Positions 61,817 through 64,000 of a stretch of 64,000 nucleotides of DNA are shown here, one piece after another; position 1 is the stretch's first letter; each line of letters begins with the position of its first letter. The notes under the pieces were generated by a model. The model searched no databases, was not told the DNA's origin, and saw nothing but the letters and a program-made list of their open reading frames with translations. This DNA comes from Neisseria sp. (GTDB lineage Bacteria; Pseudomonadota; Gammaproteobacteria; Burkholderiales; Neisseriaceae), in assembly GCF_041804105.1 (NCBI RefSeq), contig NZ_JBHCJY010000018.1, positions 663 to 64,662 of the forward strand, read 5' to 3'. A program made the translations under genes and the position numbers.

Positions 61817-62560
61817 TTAGGGTTTTGCGTAACCGTGAACACCGTTATGAGGAGAGGGAATCCAACCTTCATCGGTGGCAGGACGTTCGCCTTCAACATG
61901 ACCCGGAGCCACTTGTTTGGTAACCAGGCTGCGGATTTTAACGTCAACGCGACGGTCGGGTTCGATACAGGCGATAAGTGCGGCACGTTTTTTGGCTTTG
62001 GAAACTTTTTTACCCAAGTTAGCCACTTCGGCTTCACAAGTAGCAGTTTGCTGCGCTTGTGATTCACCCAAACCGGCAGCAGAAATTTTACCTGACGGTA
62101 CGCCTTGGTTAACCAAGTAGTTGGCAACAACATTGGCACGACGCTCAGACAATGCTTGGTTGTACTCTTCGGAACCCATAAAGTCGGTATGACCTTCAAC
62201 GCGTACGGATTCAACATTAGCGTTGCTCAAACGCTGAGCCAAACCGTTCAGGGTTTCGGCTGCTTCAGGGCGCAGATTGTCTTTGTCAAAGCCGAACAGG
62301 GTCTTAGCCGACAGAGAAACGGTTTCTTCGGCATACTGGGGCGCGGTTTCTACCGGAGCGGCATCACCACACTCGATACGGCCTTGGGTGGCTTTGTCGA
62401 AATAGGTGTTTTTCCAGCACTCGCCGTAGCTGTTTTTCACAACTCCCTGAGACTGGCTGCTAACGGTATAGCCGTGTTTGGTATGGGCTTCGCTCGCCAT
62501 TGCGGTGCCGGAAGCAACCATGGCAACAAACAAAGCGCTTAATTTAAGCTGTTTGGTCAT
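61817..62560 (-). CDS. rmpM: OmpA-family outer-membrane protein RmpM (class 4)
   Basis: GECWKN...ECGD N-domain, [25 protein letters not shown]. Confidence 0.92.
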   Translation of the reverse strand: MTKQLKLSALFVAMVASGTAMASEAHTKHGYTVSSQSQGVVKNSYGECWKNTYFDKATQGRIECGDAAPVETAPQYAEETVSLSAKTLFGFDKDNLRPEAAETLNGLAQRLSNANVESVRVEGHTDFMGSEEYNQALSERRANVVANYLVNQGVPSGKISAAGLGESQAQQTATCEAEVANLGKKVSKAKKRAALIACIEPDRRVDVKIRSLVTKQVAPGHVEGERPATDEGWIPSPHNGVHGYAKP

Positions 62561-62995
62561 TTTATTCCCTCATCAAATTATTATGCGGCGGCGGAAACCG
62601 CTGCACGTTACCAATATACAGGCCGCAGCATGAAACCGGCGCGGCAAATCGGATATATCAGGTTGCACTATAAAGAAGCAAAGGGCAAACTGTCAATACA
62701 AAATGCCTGAAAGCCGAATGAAACTACCTGTCTCCTGTGTTTCCATCATGCCGAAAAATCAATTCCGTGTCATGCTTCAGGGCTTAAAAATTCTGAATAT
62801 CCGGTTCAGAGTTGCACGGAAACAACAATTGTAAAGATGTTTTTAAAAACCTTTTTTCTATACCCGTGCAGATAGTTTCTGCAAAAACAAACGCTTTAAC
62901 CCTTGTTTTCAGACGGCGGGCAAACAATTGCAAAATATGCTAAATTTATCGCCGTTTGTCGCACAAAATACACATTCCGCCGAATTGACCAAATC

Positions 62996-63946
62996 ATGAA
63001 ATTACAGCAACTGCGCTATGCGCTTGAAGTTTACCGACACAATTTAAATGTTTCCGAAGCTGCCGATGCCCTGTTTACCTCCCAACCGGGCATTTCCAAG
63101 CAAATCCGCCTGCTGGAGGAAGAGCTGGGCATACAGATTTTCATCCGCAGCGGCAAGCGCGTGGTATCCGTATCACAGCCCGGCAAAGCGGTTTTGGAAC
63201 TGTCGGAACGGATTTTGCGCGACGTTCAAAACATCAAAAACATCGGCAGCGAATTTACAGAGCAAGACAGCGGTTCGCTGACGATTGCCACTACGCACAC
63301 ACAAGCACGCTACGCCCTGCCTGCAACGGTATCCGAATTCGTGCGCCGATATCCCAAGGTGCAGTTGAGCATCCGGCAAGGCAGTCCCGCAACGGTTGCG
63401 GATATGGTAGCCAACGGTGATGCAGATTTCGCCATCGTAACCGAAAATCTGGAAACCCAGTCGGATTTGCGCAAACTCCCTTGCGGCGAATGGAATCACG
63501 CTGTCATCGTGCCGCAGAACCATCCGTTGCTCGACTGCAAAAATCCGCTCAGTATTGAAGATTTGGCGTCGTTTCCGCTGGTTACATACGAATTTGCCTT
63601 CAACGGAGGCGGAAGTATCGAACGTGCATTTCACAAAGCGAGATTGGAGCGGCCGAAAGTGGCTTTATCGGCCGCAGATACTGAGGTGTTGAAAACTTAT
63701 GTACGGCTTGGGCTAGGCGTGGGCCTGATGGCCAAAATGGCTTATGATGCCGAAAACGACAGCGACTTGCAGCTTGTCGATGCCGCCCACCTGTTCGAAC
63801 CCTCCCCCACTTGGATTGCATTGCGTTCCGATACTTATCTTCGCGGCTATACTTATGAATTTATCGGGCTTTTTTCCCCTAAACTGACCCGTGAAACGAT
63901 AGACAAGATTCTGTATTCGCCGATTGAAGAGGATTTTTCGATTTAA
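62996..63946 (+). CDS. cysB: LysR-family regulator CysB
   Basis: MKLQQLRY, LFTSQPGISKQI, IATTHTQARY, YVRLGLGVG. Confidence 0.92.
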   Translation: MKLQQLRYALEVYRHNLNVSEAADALFTSQPGISKQIRLLEEELGIQIFIRSGKRVVSVSQPGKAVLELSERILRDVQNIKNIGSEFTEQDSGSLTIATTHTQARYALPATVSEFVRRYPKVQLSIRQGSPATVADMVANGDADFAIVTENLETQSDLRKLPCGEWNHAVIVPQNHPLLDCKNPLSIEDLASFPLVTYEFAFNGGGSIERAFHKARLERPKVALSAADTEVLKTYVRLGLGVGLMAKMAYDAENDSDLQLVDAAHLFEPSPTWIALRSDTYLRGYTYEFIGLFSPKLTRETIDKILYSPIEEDFSI

Positions 63947-64000
63947 GATTTAACAGCCTGCAACGCGAGTGGATACCGAAAACGGAAAGGCCGTCTGAAA

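Noticed and set aside
59640-63950. Genomic island suggested by visibly lower GC
   Set aside because: The genes are core housekeeping (apaG, pgpA, thiL, rmpM, cysB) with no mobility genes or boundary repeats. GC was not computed.
1-64000. tRNA, rRNA, tmRNA, RNase P or SRP genes
   Set aside because: No cloverleaf or hallmark motifs were recognised by eye. A tRNAscan/Infernal run would be needed to exclude them formally.

Overview
A 64-kb chromosomal segment from a Neisseria species, probably a commensal. The genus call rests on many tens of DNA uptake sequences, mostly the AGGCCGTCTGAA dialect and often paired as terminators, plus dRS3-bounded NIME repeats, rmpM and the dnaB-pilHIJKX synteny. 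The species cannot be named from sequence alone. Most of the window is housekeeping: intact nosR-nosZ under an FNR-type promoter, lolA, hpnC, recJ, rimP-nusA-infB, surE-nlpD, nrdG-nrdD with FNR and tandem NrdR boxes, waaF, argD, rep, cvrA, cueR-copZ-[DUF1349]-copA, rlmK, dnaB, minor pilins, secA, dciA, an Ala/Gly symporter, apaG, pgpA, thiL, rmpM and cysB. No tRNA, rRNA or CRISPR array was recognised. The best leads are: (i) an orphan 54-aa double-glycine-leader peptide gene near a divergent TonB receptor / YddA-BacA-type ABC pair; (ii) a promoter with a perfect operator palindrome driving a structured non-coding RNA or long leader upstream of the Ala/Gly symporter; (iii) a decayed Mu-like gpF-gpG relic fused to a Piv/IS110 pseudogene right after pilX; (iv) tandem duplications bounded by DUS hairpins, and DUS-derived in-frame insertions in RecJ and CopA; (v) a DUF1349 gene inside the CueR copper operon. 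All calls come from reading motifs by eye, with no database searches.
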